Assembly: GCA_964016885.1 (NCBI GenBank)
Contig: OZ024745.1
Location: 118,296,001 to 118,360,000, forward strand
DNA length: 64,000 bases
Origin: Eledone cirrhosa
Lineage: Eukaryota
Reading direction: 5' to 3'
Shown here: piece by piece, positions 51,621 through 63,304 of the stretch
How positions within the stretch are numbered: the first letter of the stretch is position 1
Layout: each line of letters starts with the position of its first letter
Position numbers and translations under genes: made by a program
The notes under the pieces: generated by a model
What the model saw: only the letters and a program-made list of their open reading frames with translations
Told to the model about the DNA's origin: nothing
Database searches by the model: none

Positions 51621-52326
51621 GGTGCTGCTATTCCTAGCAGGCTGAGAGGTCATGTGCTGTTATTTCTAGCAGGCTGAGTGACCAGGTGCTGCTATTCCTA
51701 GCAGGCTGAGTGACCAGGTGCTGCTATTCCTAGCAGGCTGAGTGACCAGGTGCTGCTATTCCTAGCAGGCTGAGAGGTCATGTGCTGTTATTTCTAGCAG
51801 GCTGAGTGACCAGGTGCTGCTATTCCTAGCAGGCTGAGTGACCAGATGCTGCTATTCCTAGCATGCTGAGTGACCAGGTGCTGCTACTCCTAGCAGGCTG
51901 TGTGACCAGGTGCTGCTATTCCTAGCAGGCTGAGTGACCAGGTGCTGCTATTCCTAGCAGGCTGAGTGACCAGGTGCTGCTATTCCTAGCAGGCTGAGTG
52001 ACCAGGTGCTGCTATTCCTAGCAGGCTGAGTGACCAGGTGCTGCTACTCCTAGCAGGCTGAGTGACCAGGTGCTGCTATTCCTAGCAGGCTGAGTGACCA
52101 TGTGCTGCTATTCCTAGCAGGCTGTGTGACCAGGTGCTGCTATTCCTAGCAGGCTGAGTGACCAGGTGCTGTTATTGCTAGCAGGCTGAGTGACCAGGTG
52201 CTGCTATTCCTAGCAGCATGAGTGACCAGGTGCTGCTATTCCTAGCAGGCTGAGTGACCAGGTGCTGCTATTCCTAGCAGGCTGAGTGACCAGGTGCTGC
52301 TATTCCTAGCAGGCTGAGTGACCATG
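51621..52326. repeat. 32-bp minisatellite, ~22 copies
   Basis: Unit ggtgctgctattcctagcaggctgagtgacca. Confidence 0.97.
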
Positions 52327-52518
52327 TATGTATTTTGTTGTAATGTTGAAAGCAATGGTGACAGCAACAGTGAATATCTTACAATAATGACAATGCCAGG
52401 AAGTTTAAATTGAATGTAAAATCCCAACAGATGGTGACAGGAATTGCAGTAATTGAAATTGTCACCCAGTACTTCAACTCAGACTCATGTTATCCATTTC
52501 CTTCATAACAATAATTAT

Positions 52519-53025
52519 TAACTTTGCCTTTCATCCTTACGGGGTCGATAAAATAAAGTACCAGTAATGCACTGGGCAATTGCTGGCCTTGTGTCTAACG
52601 TAGAAACAATTATTATTATTATAGGGCGGTGGATTGGCAGTATCGGTAGAGGGTCGGACGCCATGCTTTCCAGCATAGAGTTACGTCCCTTTACGATCTG
52701 AGTTCAAATCCCGCCGAGGTTGACTTTGCCTTTCATCCTTACGGGGTCGATAAAATAAAGTACCAGTAATGCACTGGGTAATTGCTGGCCTTGTGCCTAA
52801 AGTAGAAACAGTTATTATTATTATAATCATGGCGGGGAATTGGCAGTATCGGAAGAAGAAGGTCTGACACCATGCTTTGCAGCATAGAGTTATGGCCCTT
52901 TGTGGTGAGAGTTCAAATCCCGCCGAGGTTCACTTTATCTTTCATCCTTACGGGGTCGATAAAATAAAGTACCAGTAATGCACTGAGATAATTGCTGGCT
53001 TTGTGCCAAAAGTAGAAACAATTAA
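52519..53025 (+). mobile_element. head-to-tail cluster of three SINE copies
   Basis: One 3' half and two full copies, each separated by (ATT)n. Confidence 0.92.
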
Positions 53026-53359
53026 TATAATCATGACAATAATACTTTCTGAGAGTGAGAGAGAGGAAGTGAGAAAGAGATATAGAGGAAGAATCACGCC
53101 CCCCCCCCCCCGTACAAGACTGGTACTTTTTTTATCGACCTTAAATAAAAAAAAATAAAAAAATAAAAAAAATTTAAAAAAATACTAACATTATAAGTAA
53201 GTAAAATGACTTCCACTGATGGTTGTCATTGAAGTCTCAGCTTCTCAGGAGATTATCTTTTGGATCATGAGGCTCACCAAAAAACCACACTGATGGTTGT
53301 GTAATGGCCGGGCTAGTCTTTTTATGCTGATGACATTAGCAATGAAAGCAATCACAATC

Positions 53360-53490
<131 letters not shown>

Positions 53491-55175
53491 CGCTGAGCAC
53501 TATTTTGTAGAGCACTATTTTGTGGGTTGCTACGATATTTAACAGAATTATCCCGTGTAAATAATAGATTGTGTGCATTGGTCTGTGTGGGTAAAATAGT
53601 GATGTGTTTCTTTCTGATGTTTGGTCATACACGCATGAGTGCATGTCAGTAAATAAGTGGAAGAATACATGTGTTTGAAGAGCTGTTATTTGTTAGTTGT
53701 GTGTATATGTAGTGTATTCTCTCTTTGTCAATGTATATGTGTGTGTGCATGAAAAAGAGAGTATGTGCTAGTGTGTGCGTTTGTGTGTGTGTTTACATAA
53801 ACATGCATGAATGTCTGTGTGTGGGCATGTAAGGATGCATTGTATGAAATTGTGTGTGTTAAGTATCATATACTAGGATGTATATACATGCATATGTGTG
53901 CGTGTGTGTATATATATGTGTGTGTGTTGAACTTATTAGATGATATGTGTGCATTACTCCATATATGTGTGTTGAATTTATTGCATGATATGTGTGCATT
54001 ACTGCATATGTTTGCGTTACTGTGCACACTGTGTGCAAACGTTGTTTGCATTACTGTGAATACTGTGTGTAAACGTTTACATCTACATGTGTGTGTATAT
54101 GTGTGTGTATGCATATGTATTGTGTGTAAATGTAAATAAAAAAATTGTTCATGAGTGTCCTTATGATACAGCGTATGCTAACAGTAAGTGTGGGTGTGTG
54201 AATATGTCTAACGATATACATTTCTGGGATGATCTTAGACTGTGTTGTTGATATTGTTGGTGGGACTGATTAACCTGAAGTCAGCTCTGATCAAGTAGAC
54301 CGATGAGCAAAGCCATTCTAGCTGCAACATTCCTATATTTGATTTTCTAACATAATATCCCCTTTCTTTATTTAGATGGCATATTTGACCTCTTGATTAA
54401 ACCAAGGGGTCCTCCTGCCACCTAACACCACACCAAGCTGCTTTGCCCACAGCATTTAACAGCTTCACTTCAACATAACCGTCATTTCTTTTAAAAAGAC
54501 TAACTTGTGATTTAACCCTGTTGATACCAAACTGTCAGAAACATCCCTGGATTTATGATACAAAACTGCTTCTTTTTTTTAATATTTCTTCCTATATTAA
54601 AACCTTCTATCAAGATTTTGTCATGATTTTGTTTTAGAAATTTTTGTTAAATAACGTTCTAAGTATCAGATTACAAATGAAATGTGTGGGTGTTTGTGTG
54701 TAACTACACAGCATTCAGTTGTTATGGTCAGCTTTTGTTGTTTTGGAGAACAAATTTAGAGTTTCAGCTGTAGAATAGAATCTAATCTTCCTACTTATAG
54801 AAGATGTAGCCATTGCTACAACCACCACCACCACCGCTATCATCATCACCATACCTACACCACCATCCCACCATTAACACCATTTACCACTTCTAATCAC
54901 TGTTCTAAACTCTGCAAGAATTCTGATAAAATGTATAAATCAGAAAGAGGAATTTAAGATGGAAACCTGCTAATTCAATGTTCTTTTTAATTTTGTATTT
55001 AACAATATTCTATGGCTTACAATATGTGTATGTGTAAGTATGTGCGAAAGAGTGATCACGCAAGATTTGTGTGGTTTATTTAAAGAAATTTGATCTAAAT
55101 ATAAAAAAAAAATGATGAGTGTCACAGCAACAAAAAGCAAAATAAATATATTCAATAACTCTGTTTAATTAATAA

Positions 55176-55394
55176 TTGTTTCTACTTTTGGCACAAGGCC
55201 AGCAATTATCCAGTGCATTACTGGTACTTTATTTTATCGACCTCGTAAGGATGAAAGGCAAAGTTAACCTCAACGGGATTTGAACTCAGAAAGGCAAGGA
55301 CTGTAACTCTATGCGTCAAAGCATGGCAAGGACTGTAACTCTATGCGTCAAAGCATGGCGTCCGGCCCTCTACCGATACTGCCAATCCACCGCC
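55176..55394 (-). mobile_element. full-length SINE with TSD and internal tandem duplication
   Basis: TSD ctctgtttaattaataat. The segment ggcaaggactgtaactctatgcgtcaaagcat is present twice. Confidence 0.92.
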
Positions 55395-55919
55395 CTCTGT
55401 TTAATTAATAATGATTTTACACAAGGACAAATATTTCAAGGGGATATTTACCGTGGAAAGATAAAAAGCAAAATCAATCTTAGTGAGACTTGAACTCAGA
55501 ATGAAAGTTATGTGAACAAATACTGTTATCCACTGATTCAATGATGTCCCAGCTTAAATCATGATTTGTGCAAATTTAGAATTTCATCTGTAGAATGAAA
55601 TCGAATCTACCTATTGATAGATCATGTAGACATTGACACAATCACCACCAACACCACCACTATCATCATCCCCATACCCACCCCAATCCACATAACGACC
55701 ATAAAGGACCAGAAATTTGGAGGGGGGATTTAGTCAATTATATTCTCCTCAGTGCATGACTGATTTTTCATTTTATTAACCCCTGGAAGGGTAAAAGATA
55801 AAATTCAACTCAGTGAGATTTGAACTCAGAACAAAAAAAGACATTACTATATAAATGTCCTAAGGCATTCTGTCTGGTGAGCTACCAATTCTGCAATCTA
55901 AGACTTTTGTAGCTTAAGT

Positions 55920-56262
55920 AATAATGGTTTCTGATTTAGGCACAAGGCAAAAACAATTCAATTTTGAAGAAAGAGAATGTCGATTAAATCAACCCCAGTC
56001 ATTATTTTATCGACCCTGTATGGATGAAAGGCAAAGTTCACCTTGGCAGGATTTGAACTCAATAATGGTTTCTAATTTAGGCACAAGACCAACAATTTGT
56101 GGAAAGGGGAAAATCGATTAAATCGACCCCAGTGCATTACTGGTGCCTTAATTTATCAACCCCGTAAGGATGAAAAGCAAAGCTAACCTCGGCAGGATTC
56201 GAACTCAGAACATAAAGGGAAGTAACTCTATACCACAAAGCATGGTGTTTGAAGCTGTATCA
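55920..56262 (-). mobile_element. two tandem SINE copies
   Basis: Dominant SINE family sequence. Confidence 0.8.
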
Positions 56263-56414
56263 ATAATTTAAATAATATGATTCCACAAGGACACATAACT
56301 GAAGGGAATGAAGTTATTATAATGTCATCCACAAACAGAAAGAAGCAAACATACACAAACTCACACACACGTACACCAGGTCCAAATACAGAGGAGCCGG
56401 ACTCCCACTGTCAT

Positions 56415-56555
56415 TGCCTCCATCTCTCTTGCCCACCCCATCTCCCTTGCCTTCTCTATCTCTCTTGCCCTCCCCATCTTTCATGCCTTTCCTATCTCTC
56501 TTGCCCTCCCCATCTCTCTCGCCTTCCCCATCTCTCTCACCGTCCCTATCTCTCA
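56415..56555. repeat. pyrimidine-rich 18-bp degenerate tandem repeat
   Basis: ccccatctctcttgccct-type units. Confidence 0.8.
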
Positions 56556-56714
56556 CAATTATAAGAAAATGGGGTCCCATGCGCTGGCTGCCTCACAGCC
56601 CCGTTGAATCTAACCTTCCACAATTATTTTATCAACATTTGAAGGAACAAAAGGGGAGCTGAAAGGGATGGATTTTGTTCAATTAGCACATGTTTCATTA
56701 ACTGATTTTTAAAG

Positions 56715-56905
56715 AGAAGTATACCAGCCACTGTTGTGATCTCTGGTGTCCTTGGTCCCCACATTGCAGATTTCCTCCACACAATTGAAAAGACAGCAGC
56801 CTATCTGAGGAAGGAACCTTGTCAGGCTGGGTGGTTGTTGTAGCAGGTCTTGTTGGCCATTTTCTGTGGAAATACCTTCGCCATTCTGTCTGCAGGGTAT
56901 GGCTG
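56715..56905 (+). mobile_element. CRE-clade non-LTR retrotransposon RLE C-terminal remnant
   Basis: The frame not in the track reads PATVVISGVLGPHIADFLHTIEKTAAYLRKEPCQAGWLL*QVLLAIFCGNTFAILSAG, resembling the CRE-type ETxGxxGP..FL..EPRE..WL.QRLS.AI.RGNA..IL motif. Confidence 0.6.
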
Positions 56906-57349
56906 AATCACCACTCAGACTGGGGTGTAGAGTCTGTTCCTTGCTCCCTCTCTTCTTTTCCTTCATCACTTCATTCTCTTTTCCTTCCTTCCCTTTCCTC
57001 TTTTTTTTATGAAAATATTATTTTTTTGTCTAAGTTTACAATGTTATCTTACGTTGTGATAATATTTTGAATAAAAATCTAATTAATTAACAAATATATT
57101 TGAAATTTCCCTGCCAACATTTAACTAGGACAGATACACTTCTACACCCTGTTAACTAGGAACTCAGAATAGAGGAATGAAACTAAATCCTGCATATCTC
57201 TATTTCCTTCAGCTTTCATATTATTTATTTCTCATGTTAGCACAAGATCACAATTCTGTAGAGAGGATATATATATGCTTGATTAATGGGTAACTGATGT
57301 ACTTGACACTGGTTTAATTTGAATAAAGAACAAAGAAAGTGCCATAATA

Positions 57350-57862
57350 AAATGCACTAAACCCGCACTGTAAAATGATAGTGTTGGTACCATGATAATA
57401 ACACCTAGCCTACTCTGTAAAGTGGTAGAGTTGGTACCATGATAAATACACTCAACCCACACTGTAAAGTGGTAGAGTTGGTACCATGATAACACCCAAC
57501 CCACACTGTAAAGTGGTAGAGTTGGTACCATGATAATAACACTCAATCCACACTGTAAAGTGGTAGAGTTGGTACCATGATAAATACACTCAACCCACAC
57601 TGTAAAGTGGTAGAGTTGGTACCATGATAATAACACTCAATCCACACTGTAAAGTGGTAGAGTTGGTACCATGATAAATACACTCAACCCACACTGTAAA
57701 TTGGTAGAGTTGGTACCATGATAATAACACCCAACCCACACTGTAAAGTGGTAGAGTTGGTACCATGATAAATACACTCCACCCACACTGTAAATTGGTA
57801 GAGTTGGTGCCATGATAATAACACTCAATCCACACTGTAAGGTGGTAGTGCTAGTGCCATGA
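57350..57862 (+). repeat. 47-bp tandem repeat (~11 copies) derived from RTE 3' UTR subrepeat
   Basis: cacactgtaaagtggtagagttggtaccatgata(aat/ata)acactcaa(c/t)c. The same cacactgtaaagtggt motif occurs in RTE 3' UTRs at 62704 and 21785. Confidence 0.9.
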
Positions 57863-58001
57863 TGTGGTATGAATGTATATAGTGGATATACATGCATATA
57901 GTGTGTTATGCTAGGATTGTAGACTGTGTATATATGTGTATAATAGTGTAAGAGGTTTGTGTATGTGTGTGTGTGTTTTATAATGTCATTATCACTATTT
58001 A

Positions 58002-58187
58002 AGGTCGGTGGATTGGCAGTATCGGTAGAGGGTCGGACGTCATGCTTTCCAGCATAGTTACGTCCCTTTACGATCTGAGTTCAAATCCCGCCGAGGTTGA
58101 CTTTGCCTTTCATCCTTACGGGGTCGATAAAATAAAGTACCAGTAATGCACTGAGTAATTGCTGGCCTTGTGCCTAAAGTAGAAACA
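58002..58187 (+). mobile_element. full-length SINE with 15-bp TSD
   Basis: attatcactatttaa on both sides. Confidence 0.92.
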
Positions 58188-58980
58188 ATTATCACTATTT
58201 AACAGCTGTAGCAGATGACCACAATTCTCATCTACTCATTCCAGCTTTCATTATCAGTTGTGGTCCCCTGTCAGTAAAATTAGAACTCAGAACACAAAGT
58301 GCTAAAACAAACAATGAGGCATCCTGTCTGATGCCTTAACAATTCCACCAATCCCCTGCTATGGATTGGCACTTTATTTTATTGAACCTGAATAGATGAA
58401 AGCCAAAATTGACCTTGGTAGAATGCCGAAAGCCAGAACAAATACCAAATATCTGATGCTCCAACAACTTTGTCAATTTACTGCCTTAGTGAATTTTATA
58501 TGTAAACATGCCTGTTGAAGAATGAGTATATGCTTGTTAAATATCAGACAGTAATTTCAACATTTTTTACTGCTTCATCAGTTATCTATTACTAATTTTC
58601 CTGACCAAAGAGAGAATATGTTGTGTAAACTACAAATATAGCTATTTGTAGTATACACAAACTCAAATATATCTAAATTGTTCTGCATTAATTTGCCTAC
58701 CTGCAAATATTAGCAACATGAATAGATCCACATTCTATTCAATATCAATATCTACAAGCATCTATTCTCTCTCTAGTCAAGAAAATGAATAACTATATGT
58801 TTAATTTCAGTAAGTACAGGTTTTAAATCTGCACCATGGTTTATTGTAATTCTATAGAGCCCTTCTTTACTTGAGGCCCTAAGCACATGCTTATTTTGCT
58901 TAATGTTTAATCTAGGACTGGTGAGAAGATATACTAGCTATGAATGAAATGCAAAAATATATGTCCTTATAAATGTCAAC

Positions 58981-59163
58981 CATAATGCTTTTGAAGTTCC
59001 TCTAAGCTGAGTTTCTGAAGAGATCTAATGTATCCAATAACATATTCTATTCTCAATTGATTGCAAGTGGTGGACTTGTGTTGTACTATAACTTCATTAG
59101 ATAATCGAATAAAAGCAGCTTTTAAAGCAGTTAGAGTGCCATCAGAAATTGTTTTCAAATTTT
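58981..59163 (-). CDS. candidate 183-nt host-gene exon (NLKTISDGTLTALKAAFIRLSNEVIVQHKSTTCNQLRIEYVIGYIRSLQKLSLEELQKHY)
   Basis: Strong acceptor ctctttttttcctcag, GT donor (ATG|gttgac), symmetric phase 1-1, stop-free, non-repetitive helical-looking peptide. Product unknown. Confidence 0.5.
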
Positions 59164-59212
59164 CTGAGGAAAAAAAGAGTTTGTTAAGAATTTCAAATAA
59201 GAGCCTCTAGAT

Positions 59213-59509
59213 CAGTGGTTCCCAACCTTTTGTATCCCCATGCCCCACCTCAACATCTCAAACAATTTAATGCCCCACTTTGATATAGAAACAGCGATGA
59301 CAAACTACAAAGTGTAAATAAATTGGTGTGTAGGTGATGCCAGATGCACAATAACATGTGGAGGAGGTGAGACAGGAGTTTCTGACAGTAATTTGTTCCA
59401 AAGTTGCCTTGATGTACAAGTAATAAGGTAAAACCTGAGGTTTGCTCTCATTAACATCATTTTCAAATTGCCCCAATGTGGGGTGTGCACCCCATATTTA
59501 GAACCACCG
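59213..59509. mobile_element. hAT (Charlie-like) non-autonomous element
   Basis: Termini cagtggttcccaa / ttagaaccaccg with 8-bp TSD ctctagat / ctctatat. Confidence 0.8.
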
Positions 59510-60112
59510 CTCTATATACTTTGAGTATAGCTTTATACTACATAAAGACAAATAGTCAATAGTTGAGTTTTTCAGATTGTAGTTCAAATTCCATGCCAAT
59601 GTTTGTGACATTTAGTAAATTAAATTGAATTGTGAATAAGCCAAGATGAGAGCATATATATAAATGAAGCTTTAGTCTACTAAAAGTTCTAATGACATTT
59701 ACTAAAAAACTATAGAGAGAGTAGTTTATTAATCTATTTATAGTTGCAGTAACAGGAATTACTGACAGAATCTTGTGAAGATTCAATAACCATAATTATT
59801 ATAACATAGAATAATTTACATGAAATAATTGCATGCATTTTGATATTTTGTGTCAGTGTGACCTTCTGGGGCAGCATGTTAATGAGTGTATATATATTCA
59901 TATTGATATGCATCTTATTTACCAGCAGCCATGTGTCTATATATCTTACATCAGTTAAAGCATCCCTGTGTGTGTGTATTTGTTCACTGTTGGTCTACTT
60001 ATGCTATACAACTGTATCTGCATATGCTTATGCAGAAATGAACAAACATATATACATACAAGCTGACACCAAGGTCAACTTCTGTCTGCACATTTCTACA
60101 ATAAACATAGTA

Positions 60113-60144
<32 letters not shown>

Positions 60145-60559
60145 AACTATACACACACATGTATGCACGTATGTATGTAGGTAGTTAGGTATGTATGTTT
60201 TCATGTATGTATGTTTGCATGTATGTATGTATGTTCTTCTGGTTTTATAATTTCACAAAGTTTTACCAATAGAGAGAGAGTTGGTTTCTAACATAGACAC
60301 AAGACTCTCTCATTGGAATTTATACAACATCAACTAGGTAGATATGTATGCATGCATGTGTAGATATGGATGTTATTGTATGTGTGGATGTTTATATTTT
60401 GAGTTATATGTGTGCATGTGCATATGCTTTGTATCTGTACATGTGTATATGCAGTTATTAGATGCAGAATTTTTGGAATGCTTTACATATATTTTACTGT
60501 TCCATTGATGGATTGTACTTGTAATTTCCTAACATATGTATGTATGCATGATGTATGTA

Positions 60560-61270
60560 TGTGTTATCTCTTTCTCTTAATTTCGAGTATATTTTTTTGA
60601 CCGGCCACCTTCCTGGTGGCAAGGTTGTAAAAGAAAAGAAATTGTCATCCCTTGAATCGCAAGAATGTTTTGCAAATTTTGAAGGTGCCTGCTATCACGG
60701 CCATTTGTAGACTATAAATTAGGGAGCTGCGCTCTTTGTCCGCAAATCCAAGTTCAGTCATACTTTGGTCCAAGCGGGTTGGTATATAACCCGTAGCTCC
60801 AATAATGATGGGTATGAAGCTAAAGGTGTATCTTGGATACTGGATTTGTAAACTCCTCATCAATGGTCCGTAGATGTCCTCCTTCTCCTGTATTTTTCTG
60901 ACAACGTTTACATTAAGTGGGCAGCTGATCTCCACAACAGAAAACGTTTTCAATGTGTGGTCCCAAACAACAATATCAGGCCGGTTGTGCTTTAATTTGG
61001 TGGCAGTTTTTATTTTCAGGTTCCACTAGTATTCCTTCGTGCCATCTGTCTCAATATATTCTTCCTCGTTTGTTGTTAATTTTGTTTTCCGAAGTGCGTT
61101 CCAGATGGTTCTAGCTATCCCATCGTGTCTCATGGGGAGGTAGTAGCGAGATGACATTCTTTCGCAGCTGGCAACAATGTAGCTTACATCCTCGATCTTT
61201 GTTTTACATAGCCTACATTTATTGTCAGCTGATGGCCCTCCCCTTTTGTGCAGCAGATATTTGGTAGGGA
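60560..61270 (-). mobile_element. R4-clade non-LTR retrotransposon 3' end (zinc knuckle + PD-(D/E)XK endonuclease)
   Basis: CRLCKTKIEDVSYIVASC..RHDGIA..*WNLKIKTATKLKHNRPDIVVWD..VVEISCPLNVNVVRKIQEKEDIYGPL..IPIIIGATG..KICKTFL. Flanked by (TATG)n. Confidence 0.88.
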
Positions 61271-62289
61271 GTATGTATGTATGTATGTAAGTATGTATGC
61301 TTGTTTGTAAATGCACACATACATGACTGAGGAAGACCATCATTGACTATAAAGTCAATATGACCCAGGTAGAGCTTTAGATCCAATAAGGCTAGCACAA
61401 TACCTTACAGACCACCTCCTCCCAATTGGTATAATCCAAAGTCTGAGGCAAGATATCTATTGTCAATAAAGGTGACAGGCATAGGAGTGTGGGAATGTCA
61501 TGATCTTCAGCTGGCATTGAAGATACTCAAAATATTGGAGAGCATTTTATATCAAAGTAACCTTCTCCTTAAGACATCCTTTTATGAAAGTTAAGGGGTG
61601 TCTCATTACCAGTGTATTTGCAATACACCTGACACCAACCCTGAATTTCTAAGTTCTTCCATACTTAAGGATGTAAATAAATATTTACATTTGTACACAT
61701 TTGTACACATTTGTCTACATAAGCATTGAAACATATGTAAGTATGAATATGACCCACACTCTACTAGAATAAACAGTCCGATTCCAAAGAAGTCATGAAA
61801 GGTTCAAAACATAAATACACTTGAATTTAGGAAGGCTGAGTAGTTAGTGAATAGGATTCACAATCATGAGGTTGTGAGTTTGATTCCCAGACTGGTTGAT
61901 GTGTTATGTCCTTGAGCAAGACACTTTATTTCACGTTGCTCCTTCTACCTGGAGTTGTGACTGATAGATAGTATTAGTAATTGGAAAGACCAATGGAAAC
62001 ATTGTTTCCTCGGTTTGATTTTGATGAAAGTCAATTGACTCCTTAGGAACAATACTGCTCCAATTTAAATACAAAGTACCAAAAGAAAAAAAAATACAAA
62101 AACCCTCAAAATGACCAATCTAGAGCACAGTTGCGTATTCCATATAACATTTATATATCATCATCATTTTTACATAGACTTTTCCATTTTGGCATGGGTT
62201 GGATGGGACTTTATGGGGTACTGTTTTACAGTCAGATGCACTTACAACATACAAGGAAATGGTGGACCTATTCTAAACCAGATATGTAT

Positions 62290-62426
62290 AAATGTGGTTG
62301 GCATTAGGAAGGGCATCCAGTTGTATATGAGCAAGATACGGTCACCTAACCCAACCTGCCTCAAATGGGACAACCCGCTAACCCATGTTAACATGGAAGG
62401 TGGACGTTAAACAGCGATGATGATGA
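62290..62426 (+). mobile_element. RTE 3' UTR fragment with (GAT)n tail
   Basis: ggcattaggaagggcatccag..aacccatgttaacatggaaggtggacgttaaacagcgatgatgat. Confidence 0.8.
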
Positions 62427-62494
62427 TATATATATATAATCATCATCGCTGTTTAACGTCCACCTTATATATATACGTCCCACTATATATATAT

Positions 62495-62947
62495 AGTGGG
62501 ATGAGGTGATAAAAACTGACCATGCCCAATTGCACCTCTCAAAGGTGATGACACAAGACCGTGACCTCTGGCGTCATGCAGTAATTCAGAAGACCAGACT
62601 TCACACGAGTACAAGCTGAAGCTGAAGCATATAGACAGTATGCCTCCACCCCATCTCATTGCAAAGTGGTTGTGGAGGTGTCACAACAAAAAAGTACCCA
62701 TACCACACTGTAAAGTGGTCGTGTAGGCACCATGGTAAAAAAGCATCCAGTATTCACTGTAAAAAGCACCCAGCACTCACTGTAAATGAAGTTGGTGTTA
62801 GGAAGGGCATCCAGCTGTAGAAATCCAGCCAAAATCAGTTCTGTATGAACAAGACAAGGTCACCCGACCTAGCATTGCCCACAACAGGACAACTCGTCTA
62901 ACCCATGCTAGCGTTGAAGAATGGATGTAAAACGGTGATGATGATGA
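62495..62947 (+). mobile_element. RTE LINE 3' end
   Basis: WDEVIKTD..MTQDRDLWRHAVIQKTR plus 3' UTR and (GAT)n tail. Confidence 0.85.
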
Positions 62948-63304
62948 GTGCTTTACTGTGGTGGTATCGGAACAAGTTCTCTATGCACAGGCAGAATGTA
63001 TATATTGAAAAGAATGATGAAGTTTTGTTTACATGTATTTAGATACACAATAAAAAATCTATATACATGTAAATGAAATTTCATTGTTCTTTTGGATATA
63101 TATGTATATACACTTGTCAACGTCCATGTGCAAAGAATGGTCAACTCATATACACTTCTGGTTTCAGCACAACCTCACTGGAGTTGAAAATCCGTTGGGT
63201 GAGACGGAGTATGGTTTGCTAATTTGTTGTGGAACTAACTTATATATATGGATTGGTGCAGCAGCATCATTGTCAACTGCTACAAGGGTAAAGGTGATGC
63301 ACTA

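Noticed and set aside
52624-52720. tRNA genes suggested by A and B boxes
   Set aside because: The boxes belong to multi-copy SINE heads with TSDs and do not form a cloverleaf.
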